From NCBI RefSeq assembly GCF_963921235.1, contig NC_086118.1:21268001-21332000 (forward strand): DNA of 64,000 nucleotides. Direction: 5' to 3'. Source of the DNA: Mobula hypostoma (lineage: Eukaryota). Position 1 is the stretch's first letter. Each line of letters begins with the position of its first letter. Under the pieces are notes generated by a model. That model worked only from the letters and a program-made list of their open reading frames with translations, was not told the DNA's origin and ran no database searches. The position numbers and the translations under genes were made by a program. Shown here piece by piece: positions 49,266 to 61,514 of the stretch.

Positions 49266-50904
49266 TCAATTATACCCAAGTATTTACCAGCTGAAGTCAC
49301 CATGAAGAACAGGCACTGCCGTAAGATTCAAGAGAGCAGTCTGTGCTTATGGAGCTTTACTTCAGTGTGACATGGCAGGGAGGATATTGGCAGAGGAGGT
49401 TACGACTGGGGGAAGGGATGTGGGGGTGAAGAAAAATTGCGACATAGAAAGGTCAGCAGCTGACAGTCTGCCAGACTTCCTCCAAGCGCATAATAGCCTT
49501 GAATTAACAAGATTAGGAATATGGTATTTATTTTTTAAAATCACACTTTCCTTTTATTAGAAACATAAAATGGAAAGCATCTGAACTGCCCTCACCCTTT
49601 GCTGCATATGACCTGCACACACTGAGACACAATAATTGAACACATCTGTGATGTCTGCCACTTCAAGGTTATGTGGGCTCACTGCGGTATATCTGGTAAC
49701 ACTAAATTGATTAGAAAAGGCTTTTAATTATTTCTGTACTCACTGGTCTTGGCCTGACACCGAATCAATTAAATGGTTAAAACCAAATGAAAGTTCCAAT
49801 GGGATCAAAAACAAACAATGGCCATTATGGCACAAATGGTGAAAAATGGCTCATCACACTTTTGGAAAATTTCCTTAACCACATTAGAAGAATTTGTGCT
49901 GTAACTTCTGACGGAATCCTGCTGAATACATCTGTACCAACTTTATCCACCAACTGCAATTTGTCCCAACACTAAGTCTGTGCAGACGCTTACCTCTGAA
50001 ATTTGATATAAATGAGTTCCAGAACACTCATAGTTTTTTTAAAAAGTTACAAATATTATAGAAACAAATACATCCAGAAAAGGGAAGGAAGGGGCAGAAC
50101 TGAACATTTACCAAATAGGGCACATAATATTTCATTTCTATCTTATGGGACATTTCTATCCTATTTATTGTGCTCCGTCATTATTAGGAAACCCTGAGTG
50201 TGTAGCAGAAGGAGTGTAATACCCCATAGACTACCCAGCTGCCCGACCCATCAGCATTAGTGTCTGCAGTTCTCACAATGGCACCAAAGAACCCATAAAA
50301 CTGGAGTGGAAGCAAGTCATCTTCGATACTCAAGAAGTTTCCAAAAGGAAGAAGGCAGCATCATGACAGAGGCCATTCCTCCAGAATTGATTCCTACAGC
50401 ATTGAGTGCCAGCATAAATTCTACTGTCCAACCATCTATCTGCCTTTCCAGTATTCTCCAATTCATCTGGAATATTCCTTATCCTGCAGTAAGTTGTCAG
50501 GCAATAACGTACATTGAAGACTTCCAAGAGAACTCAGCTACTTTCTGTAATTACTTATTCCCAGTTATAATTATGGGCAGTGTTTGGATCCATAAAGAAT
50601 GTGGCCCCTTAGAAATTCCACATAACCTGGTAAAACACCAGGATTCATCCAGCACCGTAATCTGATTCAGTTTTCAAAAAAAGTTTATCAAGCCAAAATG
50701 CTGAATTGCTTCTTCCCTTGCCAAACCTGCTGAATATTTCCACTTTATTGACTGATGGTATGACAAGTAAGCAGACTTGTGTTTTTATAGAATAATAGAA
50801 AACTTATTGATGGAGGCCATGAGGCCTACAATATCCACATCAGCTCTTTGCCAAAACAACTCCATAGCTCTACACCTGGGCACCTTCTGATATTCTCCTC
50901 CCTG

Positions 50905-51533
50905 GCGGGAGGAGAAGATGGCAGTGCGACACAGCGTGCACGGCCTCTCCGGAGACGATATCTGTTATCTGTCAAGTAGGATGCCGTGCACAATTCTGAT
51001 TTGATGGAGGCAGACGTGACAGCACGGAGGAACATCTGGTGAAACTTCTGAAATGCTTGTTCCTCTGCCGCTGCTGTGTGATCCGAAATCTCTGGAGGGG
51101 AAGGCCCCGAATCCTCGGCTTTGCCTGTTACTTGTCGGGCTGGGGTCAGTGCTCGGTGTCAGAGGCTCGAAGTTTTCAGATGGACTCAGAGTTCACTGCG
51201 GTTGGATGCTTCCAGGGTGCTGCATCGGCAAGTTTGCAGCGCTGGAAGCTCATGGCAGGGAGAGTTTTCTCCCTTCTGCCGTCTGTGTGAGATGTTGGGG
51301 CTATCTGGACTTCGAGACCTTTTTTTTACCGTGCCCATGGTCTGCTCTTATCAAATTATGGTATTGCTTTGCACTGTTGTAACTATATGTTATAATTAAG
51401 TGGTTTTTGTCAGTTTTAGTCTTGGTCTGTCTTGTGTTTCTGTGATATCATACTGGACGAACATTGTATTATTTTTTAATGCATGCATTACTAAATGACA
51501 GTAAACGAGGACTGAGTGTCCTCATAATCTAAT
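50905..51533 (+). mobile_element. ORF-less non-autonomous retroelement with an AAGATGG head
   Basis: CpG-rich head gaagatggcagtgcgac, T-rich 3' region and ataatctaat end. Same layout as the Rex-tailed elements. Confidence 0.55.
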
Positions 51534-51589
51534 ATGTTTGTGCTAGTCTCACATGAGGACATCTAAATCATTCACTCCAGAGGGGCAAT

Positions 51590-51965
51590 TGGTGGTTATC
51601 TGTCATATCCAACAGGATCGCACAGGAAAACGTATGTGGGAGATTTTATAGTGGAAAAGCCATGGTACTGGAGCAGTTCCACTATCTCGACCTCGGAAGT
51701 CAGAGTCCAGTGGTACGAGTAGTCATCATAACTAGGGTCTTCCTTGGCTGCAGTGGATGACCATGACTTTTTCTGTGCTTCGCTGTGCCCTCCACTCTCC
51801 ACAGAGCATTGCAGAACTGCCTTTCTGGCTGATTGGATTTTTATGAAGATCCCAACCACAGTGACCCCAGAACTGACTTTGCAGGCAACAACAGGCATGT
51901 CCCTATCTCAATGGAGTATGAGTCCTGGCAGCTATCCTCACCTGGTTTGGCCTGCCTGTCGAAGG
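51590..51965 (-). mobile_element. Probable RTE 5'-UTR-derived non-coding repeat
   Basis: Remembered RTE-UTR-like motifs (aaaccaggtgaggatagc; ggtcatccactgcagccaaggaagacc). Not verified. Confidence 0.35.
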
Positions 51966-52829
51966 GGTAATATATACTGAAAAAGAATGGAAACACAGAA
52001 CTGTTGACCAATTCCTAGTGACACAATAGGTTTCGGAGGAGCGTGCCTGTCTGGTGTAACAATTGAAAAACGCTACAAAGCCTTCACAAGGAAGATGGCT
52101 GGATTAAACTGATAGTAACCACAAACATAAAACCCTGCAGCACTCTGAAAGCCAGCAAAAACCTTCAGAAACCCATCACAGGAAACCTCAAGGCCAAGAA
52201 GAACAATACAAGGCAAAAAACCCACTAACTTTGCTATAGAGTTTGAAAGCAACAAATCATTCTTCAGAACCCTAGAGTGTCATTCAATTTTTGTGTGATG
52301 GTGAGAAGCAAATGACAGTGAAACAACAGCCTATTTTACGCATTTTGATTCAAGCAGGTATACTTTGAAAGCACCTGTTGTAAAGCTCCCCTTGGGAGTG
52401 GAAGATATTAAAATGTAAGATTTTTGTCCTTTTAAGTGAACTATGGTTCAGTCTGTATACATTCCTTCACTGTACACTGTAACCAATTTTATGATGTTAA
52501 CACGGCCAGCACAAGCTGGTTCAGAACATTTTAAAACATTCTTAACTAACTAAGGAAGGCAATCAGTTCTTCTGCAGGGATTTCCAAAGAGAAAAATGCT
52601 GAACATTGCAGTCTACATCAACAGTCTGAAACTCTGGTCCAAGTTATCTCTTTGTATGCTGTTTTCACCAGAGTGAAGGCATTACCTCTACACACTCCTT
52701 TTTATGTCTGTATTCAACTCACATCTACTTGGACTCCACAATCAACCATCCCAAGGTGTATCATCAGCCAAAATTTATGTTAAGGCAAAGCTATAACTTA
52801 GTAGAAATATTCACAGCATTAGAACATCA

Positions 52830-53200
52830 TTGGCAAGGCCATCCCTAATTTGTTCCTAATTACCCTGGAGGGATAGGTGGTTAATAAGATCACTGAGCCC
52901 CTGCAGTTCATAATCCACAATGAGTAGCAGCGTTTGATACGACTGGGAACCTGGCCAGACGATTTCAGGGGCAGCTAACAAGGCACAACCACTCTTCTGT
53001 AAGGCCAAAACTGGGAATGGGCTGTAGATTTCCTTCCCTGAATGACACTACTAAACCAAATGTGTTTTTGCTAGTACCAGTGTCTTATTCCATATTTATT
53101 AACAGAATTAACCAACTGGCAAGGTAAGGTTTTGATTCATTTAGTGAACAAGCCTCTAAATTACAATCCCAGTGACAAAATTATTTTGCCACTGTGCCCT
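52830..53200 (-). mobile_element. Degraded SINE with an L2/Crack-like tail
   Basis: ggcaaggcc...ctaattaccctggag...agatttccttccctgaatgacact. A related remnant lies near 54560-54800. Confidence 0.45.
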
Positions 53201-53870
53201 ATGACTATTATCAAGCAGCTTGCATGGCTCATAAAGCCTGATACGAGTGGAGAAATGAGATGCCAGAAGTGGAGGAATGCAGAGATTTGAGGATTGGAGA
53301 TTTCAGAAATAAAGGGTGTGGAGGGTGCAGAGACTAACGGGAAGGATTGGAATCAGGCGAGCTACTGATCATCAGCTCGAAATGGCTGTGGTTCCTCGCA
53401 TTCTTGCCTCTGATTAAAAACGCCTCATGTTAATACTATAGGGTGTGGAAACACCTGGTATTAGTGGTAAAGTGGAGGAAGTTCAGCTCTGAAAGTCACA
53501 CATCTTCCCTGTCATCAGGGCAAATATTCTCATGCTTATTTTATCAAAATTAAGAAGATATCTAGCAATTTACAAATGTTTGGGTAAGGTGAAAAGAAAA
53601 CAGCAAGGGGAAGGAAGAGATGGATAGAAGAATGAAAACTAAAACAATCCTTAATCAGAAACTTGTGCGAGTGAGTATATAACTGAAATTAGCTGTAGGC
53701 TCAGCTCATGGACAGAGATTCCCCCTATTCAAATCTGTCACTGACTGGGGCAAACAAATAACATCATCTGATTCACTAACTAACTTTTACATGTTATGCG
53801 ATTTATCTTAAATGTTAAGACTTATGTTTAAAAGAGTTAAGGTAGGAAACGGGCTTCATAGCGTCTAGAT

Positions 53871-53951
53871 CAGGGGTTCCCAACCTTGGGTCCACACACA
53901 CCTTGCTTAATGGTATTGGCCCCTGGCATAAAAAAAGGTTGGAAACCCTTC
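53871..53951. mobile_element. hAT MITE, about 80 bp (copy 3)
   Basis: caggggttcccaacct / aggttggaaacccttc. Perfect 8-bp TSD GTCTAGAT at 53863-53870 and 53952-53959. Confidence 0.9.
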
Positions 53952-54106
53952 GTCTAGATCTAGGAGGTGAATAAAATCGTATAAATAAATTAGTGAACAC
54001 CTGAAGTTAAGGCTTTGTAAAAGTTACAACACTCTTGCTTTTGTTTTAATCACAAAGTCATGATAGAGCAAGTATGACTATTATCAAGCTGCTTGAATTG
54101 CTCAAG

Positions 54107-54320
54107 TTGGCTGGTGATGTAGTGGCATTGGCACTGGACTTCGAGGTGAATGGTCCGAGTTTGAATCCGGCTGGTTCCTTGCATGCTTTCCATCCGTGCT
54201 GGGTTGAGTGTCGAGCGAGCAACTTGGCCTGGTAAAAAAACAGTCGAATGCTCTGGATATGACAGTAATGCCACATGAAGCTTCACAAGGCATGAAAAGT
54301 AACAATCAGCAATTAATTGT
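54107..54320 (+). mobile_element. tRNA-derived SINE (copy 2)
   Basis: A box tgatgtagtgg and B box gtttgaatcc. Possible TSD attgctcaag at 54097-54106 and 54321-54330. Confidence 0.75.
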
Positions 54321-56759
54321 ATTGCTCAAGAAGAAGAATTAAATAATTTCCTCTGCCTTCTTAATTGCTCAGGAAAAACTCTCCAGTTTTGTATCAAATA
54401 GAAAGGATGACCTGGAGGCTAACTCATATTGGTTTTGAAGGTTTGAGTTAACCCACAGGATAAAATTTTGTTAGCTTCACAAGAGAAATACTGTAGTTAC
54501 ATTAACTCTATGTCTCTGGCTTGCATTGTCATACTGGACGTTTATTGTTTGCTCATCACTGAATAGTCCTTGAATGTGAGCACAGTGTAAAGGGACTTGC
54601 TAGATTACATTGGATGATAGTTAAAAGTCAACCACCTTTGTACAGAATTGTAACTGCAAGCAAACTGTTGACATTGGTTCTACTCTCACAAGGGTACCAG
54701 TGAACCAACTTGGCTTTAACTATCCTAGTATGTGAGATGTTTTCTTTTCTCTCAGCTCAAATGTCTGCAACTGGTTGGACATCTAGTTAATTTCTGTAAA
54801 TACAAGCGTACTCCGTCTGCAACAGTGAAGATCTATGCACCAGAAAGTAGTTAATGTAGGAGAGTTAGCCTTAAAAAAAAATTCTTATGCTACTTGCTCT
54901 AGTGCATCCTTCACCCTGTGAGAAGCTTCTCACAGGCTTTCCTCCACCTTTCCACGAATGATAGGCATTGGCCCAGTCTACAGTATTGATAAGAGGGGTT
55001 TATACTATTGACATAATAAACACAGCACAAAAAAAGGTCCTTCAGCTCACAATGCTGGGCCAAATTACTTAAAACTAGTATTAAAAAACCTAGCTAACTA
55101 ATCCTTTCTGCCTACCCAATGTCCATATCCATCTATAATCTACACAATGATGGTAAAGCTGAAAATTCAGTAGCAAAAGACCTGGAAATAAAAAGTTGGA
55201 GAATTAAGTCCTTCCTGAATGGGATGTGAACTTTCATTTTATTCAGCAATGTGATTGCTTGATTTGTAACCATTTCAGAAAGCTATACCTTCGACATTGG
55301 ATATTGGAACAGGGTTCAACAGTGAAGTCCAATAAAATGCAGGAAGTTGCTGAGCTCTTGATTTTGATTTCGAAGGAAGCATGGTTTGAGGTTGAGTTAT
55401 CTGGGCCCAGTGAACAACTCCTTGGTTGACAACCAGGGGAAGGGGAAGGCACACAGCATGCTGTTGGAACTGAATGGGCCAATCTTTTCTAGCCTAGTCT
55501 CTCCGATGCTCTCATCTTCCTATCACTTCCCAGTGACTTGTACTTAGGAGCAGAGTAGAGAAATTCAAAGCCCAGACTACTCCTACTGAGCTGCTTAGAA
55601 GGAGATAGAGGACTTGAGAAGATGCAGGCAGAGGAAAGAAAAATAAGCAATTGCTGTGTTTTGTAAGAATAAAAAACAAGCCTTTGCCTGAGTAGTCTTC
55701 TACAGTATTGAATCTTCTACCCACTGTCAAGATATCTCTCCATCTCTCTCATCCAGGTGGTTATTGACAGGAAATTGTTGCTACCTCGAGCGCTGGTCTG
55801 TCCACGTGCATCAGCGTGCACGTCTGACCTGTGGACCAGCTCAGGTTTCATCTCTTAATCATTTACATCTGCGTGGTGCAGTCAGCTACAAAGTCTTTGA
55901 TATCCAGATAGAGAAAGGGTAACCTGACCCTTCCACAAAAACTTTTCCTAAAATACCATGCTGCACAATATTAAAGACCGCTTGAGGTCTTTTCTGTTTA
56001 ATTCATTACATTTTATTTTAGTCCAGAACAATTTATTAGCTGCAGAACAATGGTCATCAGTAATACGTAAGAGTAACACTGAATTTCCAAAAGCAGAGAG
56101 GGGGATGGTGAGGGGGTAGGGAATGGTACAGAGGGTGTAGGTCAATTCTAATGGCTAACTACACTCAGGTTCCTGACTTTCAAACTGAAAAATATCAGTA
56201 ATTTTTAACAGAATCTATGTAAGCCACAGCATGCCATCCTAAAGGCAGTGGGGTTTGAAGAAGGAGTAGCTTTACTGAAAGGCTTCAAAGGAGGAAAAGA
56301 GAAAAGGGTCACTTTATCAGTGGAGGTTCAAATCAGACCGACTGTTAGGAAAGTTAAATGGATTCTGTTACAGAGCTAGTGCAAACACACAAGATGTGTG
56401 AGAGTGCATTAAATAAATTTATCTTGATTCTGAGAGGCATTTTAATCTGCAACAGCTGGTAGAAATCCAGCTGAGATATTGTGCAGCAGTATAAAAGGGA
56501 CATTGGAGGGGTCTAAAAAATAGTAAATTCTGTTTTACTAAGAGGGTACTGCACTGCTCCTGGCTGTGAAAACAAAAGTCTAGAATACTTGACTTGGTCC
56601 ATTTACGGCTGGAGTGACTGCAGAGACTGAACAGGCTGAAATTAAACGGGGCCGAGCCGTAACTAAACAGACAGCAATGTCAAGTAGAGTTCAGGAAGCA
56701 GAAACAGAAAATGAAATATAGTACATGACCACAAAGGAGGGTTTGCTCATATGACTTTA

Positions 56760-56945
56760 GTCATATAGCATTGGAAACAAGCCCTTCGGCCTCACATTCA
56801 AGCAACCATTTTAAAGTAATCCCTTTTTATTTTCGCCACACTCCCATTAACTCCCCCCAACCCGAAATTCTACCACTTACTTACACACTAGGGGTAATTT
56901 AACGTGCCCAATTATCCTGCCAATCTACACATCTTTTGAATGTGT
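56760..56945 (-). mobile_element. HE1-like SINE 3' fragment
   Basis: ggaaacaagcccttcggcc...cacactaggggtaattt...cacatcttttgaatgtg. Confidence 0.55.
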
Positions 56946-57059
56946 TAAATCCTAATCAGTTTCTGCAAGAAGTTATCATCGGGGCACTGTGCAAAAGGAA
57001 ATAGAAAAAAAGTTTTCAAAGGTCATCTATTCTGCATTAAGAAATCTCAAGGACATCTT

Positions 57060-57240
57060 AAACACAAGAGATTCTGCAGATTTGGAAATTTAGAGTAACA
57101 CGTACAAAATGCTGGAGGAACTCAGCAGGTCAGGGAGCATTTGTGGAAATGAATAATTAGTCAATGTTCTGGCCAAGACCCTTCATCGGGACAGGAAACG
57201 AAAGGTGAAGTAGCCAGGAGACTGTGGAGGGAGGGAAAGT
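57060..57240 (-). mobile_element. Older Penelope pseudo-LTR with extension
   Basis: aacacaagagattctgcaga...tgctggaggaactcagcaggtcagg...gacccttcatcgggac. Confidence 0.7.
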
Positions 57241-57289
57241 AGTACACGCTATGAGATTACAGGAAAGATTCTAGCATCGATAAAGCACT

Positions 57290-57955
57290 GGCTATGTGGC
57301 AGGAGGCAAAGAGTGGGAATAAAGGGAGCCTTTTATGACTGGGTGCCAGTGACTAATGGTGTCCCATAGGGGTCTGTGTTGGGACCTATCCTTTTTTAGG
57401 TTATATGTCAATGACTTGGACAATGGGATTGACGGCTTTGTTGCAAAGTTTTCAGACAATATGAAGATAGGTGGAGGGGCAGGTAGTTTTGAAGTAGAGA
57501 GGCTACAGAAGAACATTCAAATTAGGAGAATGGGCAAAGAAATGGCAGATGGAATAGTTTTAAGAAGTGTATGGTCATGCACTTTGGTCGAAGAAATGAA
57601 AGGGTTGACTATTTTCTAAATGGAGAGAAAATCAAAAGAACAGAGGTGCAAGAGGTCTTGCGCGTCCTTGTGCAGGATTCCCTAAAGGTTATATTTGCAG
57701 GCTGAGTCTGTGTTGAGGAAAGCAAGTGCGATGTTAGCATTCATTTCAAGACGACTAGAATATAAAAGCAAAGATGTAATGTTGAGACTCTGTAAAGAAC
57801 TGATGAGACTTCAGTTGGAGTATTACGAGCAGGTTTGGGTCCCTTATCTTAGAAAGGATGTGCTGAAATTGGAGAGAGTACAAAGGAAATTCACAAAAAT
57901 GATTCCAGGATTGAATAGCTTGTCATGTGAAGAGAGTCTGATGGCTCTGTGCCTG
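57290..57955 (+). mobile_element. Degraded CR1 RT fragment
   Basis: YVNDLDNGIDGFVAKFSDNMKIGG; MLAFISRRLEYKSKDVML...LERVQRKFTKMIPGL. Confidence 0.85.
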
Positions 57956-59454
57956 CTTTTCCATCTATAAGAAATTATTACAACAGACTCTAAGAATGTG
58001 TCTTTGGGAATAATATGGTAAGGAAGCAATATTTAAATCCAAATCTTCCCTCCAGTTCTATGGTTTTCCCTTACCATTTATTTTTAATTGAGTTTTTACA
58101 AAAAACAAATCTCTACTAAGAGAATTGACATTAACAACACTTGGAACATTCACATTGCACCCCTACAGCTAGTTATTTTTAAACTTAAACAATGAATGCA
58201 AATGAAGGTATATTCTTCGTAGCTATCCTGTTATATACTGAACAAGCAGCATCAGTCGAAAAAGGAACAGTTAATGTTTCAGGTCAAAGATCTATCATCA
58301 GACCTATTAACTAATTTTCCCCCCAAATGCCAGCTGACTTGCTGAGTATTTCCATCTTTTTCTGTCTTATCCAAAGTTTCCAGCAATTGGAATTTTTATA
58401 CTTTCATTTATACAGACCTCCACAATGTAACTCCTTCAGGGAAGCTAGATCAACACAAGAAGGAGAATATAGTGAAGGAGCACTGGTCAAGTGTACTATG
58501 GGTTGAATTGAGCACCAACACCCGCATGGAGCCGTTAACCTAAATGGTCGCTTTCCTGCTATTAATGCAATGCAGTACCTCACTGCAGGCTACACTATTG
58601 TGACATTTATAGCAGATACGTGCCACTTCCTTCCCTCAAAGCATCACTGGCAGCAAGTCATATCATCTAAGCCACAGTCCCAAATTATAGCTTTGACTTC
58701 ACTTTTACATCAAAGACTGAGAGTTGCATGTTATTACTGCTTCTTGCTTGACATTGAACATTTTGCATTTCCCCACACCCCTCCCACATAAATTATTATT
58801 AGAATATGAAAATAATGCCACCGTGTTTTTAAAATTCTCACATTCCATGCCTGTGGTGAGCGTTTAGAGTATAGGGTCTACTATATCACACTGGGATAAG
58901 GTGAAATTGATTCTCTCAAAGACTCACTTCTCTTTCTCAAAGAATGATGGTAGCAGTCTTTGAATATCTGTCAGGTAGATGCATACAATAAACAGGGGTC
59001 AGAGGAGAAACGATAACTGCAGATAGGTAGCACGGCTGGATTGAAGTAACAATCAGACAATCCATCCATTTATTTGCTGGTGCTGCAGACGTGAAAGGAA
59101 TTTGATGAGATTGGTATAATCTACTTAGTACTTATTTGGCAAAAAGAATCACTTGGTACAGCTCCAAGAGAACAGTAATTTTTCAGCTGCTTGGCTATTT
59201 CTAGACATACCTACACTCCCTATTCATGAAGTATGTGGAGCCACAGGACAAATTAAAACTCACGAGGCAATCTCAAAACGTCTAACAGCTGTGAAGGACA
59301 AAATAGCGAGTTAAATCACCTATCTTTGACATTCACCATTGACCAGAAAACTCATCAGGAACAGCTACATAAATAAAATGGCTAAAAGAGCAGGTCAGAA
59401 ACTGGGTTCCCAAGGCAAATGACTCATCTCCTGTTTCTACAAAGTTTCTGTATC

Positions 59455-59590
59455 GTGGTTTGACATATGAAGAGCGTTTGATGGTTCTGGGAGTGTATTC
59501 ACTAGAATTCAGAAGAATGAGGAGTGACCTCATTGAAACCTATTGAATGGTGAAAGGCCTCCAGAAAGTGAATGTGGAGAGGATGTTTCA
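59455..59590 (+). mobile_element. Short CR1 fragment
   Basis: gtattcactagaattcagaagaatgaggagtgacctcattgaaacctat translates to YSLEFRRMRSDLIETY. Confidence 0.75.
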
Positions 59591-60516
59591 CCAAATTGGA
59601 GTATTCTCTGATCTTAAAGCAGTCCCATTTTGGAAAATTGTAACATTCTTGTACTGACCATCAATAGAATATAATATTAAAATAAGTTCAACTAATTCTC
59701 ATTTCAGAATATTAGCTTTGCAATTCGAAAACAAAAATGTTGCATGGCCTAAAGCTCAAGCTGTTACAGGTCCCAGTAATCCTGTGTGATACCATGTGCT
59801 GGCTAAAGTAAGAAAGAATAACACTTCCATTTATATAAATGCCTTTCACACGATGAGAACATCCCATAGCCATGGATATATACAAAAACACAGATAAAGA
59901 TACATAGATTAAATGTAAATGAGGGGTCTCGGCCCGAAATGCTGCCTGACTTGCTGAGTTCCTATAGCATTTTGTGTATGTAACTCTGGTATTTTCATTG
60001 CATTGTTATCAATTATAACAAATTGTTCCTTTTCATTTGACATTTTGTTGTGAGATGGCCTACCATCCATAATGTTTTCAAGTTGAACTGGTCTTTCATT
60101 AACCATTTTCAAGTTGTTACCATTAATCTCATTGTTCTCATAGAAGACATGTTGTTTACAACTGAATTCCAGTTCTTACTAGAGCGAGACCTTTGTCTTT
60201 GTTAACATTCTTTTCCTCTAGCACTTGTCGTTTCAGTTAAGAATTACTCCTCCAGGGAACATGGAGTCACTATGAAAACAATCATAGTATTGAACAAAAT
60301 GAGTAACATTGCTCTTTGCTGGGAGATATAAAATTATCGAGGTTATTGGTCATAACTGGTGCCAAGTTATGATCAAAAGTCCCTGAAGGTCAAAAATTTT
60401 TCTAAAATCAAAATGTGCAACTTCTCAACAAAATATGTCCATGTGAATGTTTAAATCTTTCTTTAAAGTGAAAAAAAATGCTCTATTGTAAAGAATGGTG
60501 CATAGAGTCTGATATC

Positions 60517-60612
60517 TCCAGTCCTGCTGAAGGGTCTCGGCCCGAAATGTCGAATGTACTCGTTTCCAAAGATGTTGACTAGCTTGCTGATCCTCCAGTA
60601 TCTTGTGTTTGT
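60517..60612 (+). mobile_element. Degraded Penelope pseudo-LTR with a mutated hammerhead core
   Basis: agtcctgctgaagggtctcggcccgaaatgtcgaat...cctccagtatcttgtgt. Confidence 0.7.
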
Positions 60613-61514
60613 TAATTGGTTCAATAGCAGGTTGTCACCAACAGAAAGCAAAGACAAAGTGCCTTATTTTCAAACTGCTTGAATTAGTATTCCATTTCTA
60701 ATGTGAAATTATGTCAGGAGAGGAAACAATCAAACAGGCTCTGTAGCTAAGAACTGCTCATAACATCCACCACACTTCCACCTCTGTACAAAGTACACAT
60801 CCACTAAAAATGTCAATGGACCTCCTCAAGATGAAGGGGCCATGAGTATTCCCAAGAAGCAGGGCATTTATTATTAATAAAAATCATGAACATTTAGGGA
60901 GTGGAAACCCTTGCTGCTGATGAAAAGTCCCAAATTATTAATCAGAGCCTTAAGGACATCTAGTCAATGGCTGCCTACATTCATTAGAAGTCAGCAATTC
61001 TGGCAAAACCATAGTACCACAACCCTACTTTCTACTTACACAATAAACAACACAGGTGGAACCCTTTCTTCACAGAATGCTTTGGTGATCTCTGTAATTC
61101 TGCAGAGACCAGGAAATCGAGAAATATCGCAAAAAAAAGTCTACTGTGGCCACCTGGAATGATCCAGTGGTGAGCAAGTTGAGAGTTTGCCTTCAGGGAA
61201 CCCACAAGAGGTTGGCTGAGGATCTGGAAAGCAGAATCCTGTGAAAGTTATGCTTACCAGACACAGTCAGATACAATGTAGTGTCTCTAAAGACTCAGAG
61301 AAATAGATGGTCACGTCCTTGCCTTCTACCTGAAGGTCTCTGACCTTCTGAGTGACCTTTCATGTCTATCCAAAGGCACCAATAACAGACAGCTACTGGC
61401 AGTGTCATCACAGGGTGACACATTGAATAAGTACCCCAACAGCTAGGTGCTTAAAAAAAAGTCTTGTTAGACGTAGCATCCGCTGTAAACTTTGGAAGAT
61501 GTCAGGGCAGCTTA

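Noticed and set aside
50826..51399. CpG-island promoter with first exon
   Set aside because: The CpG-rich stretch has the head, T-rich tail and terminal repeat layout of a non-autonomous retroelement. No gene structure follows.
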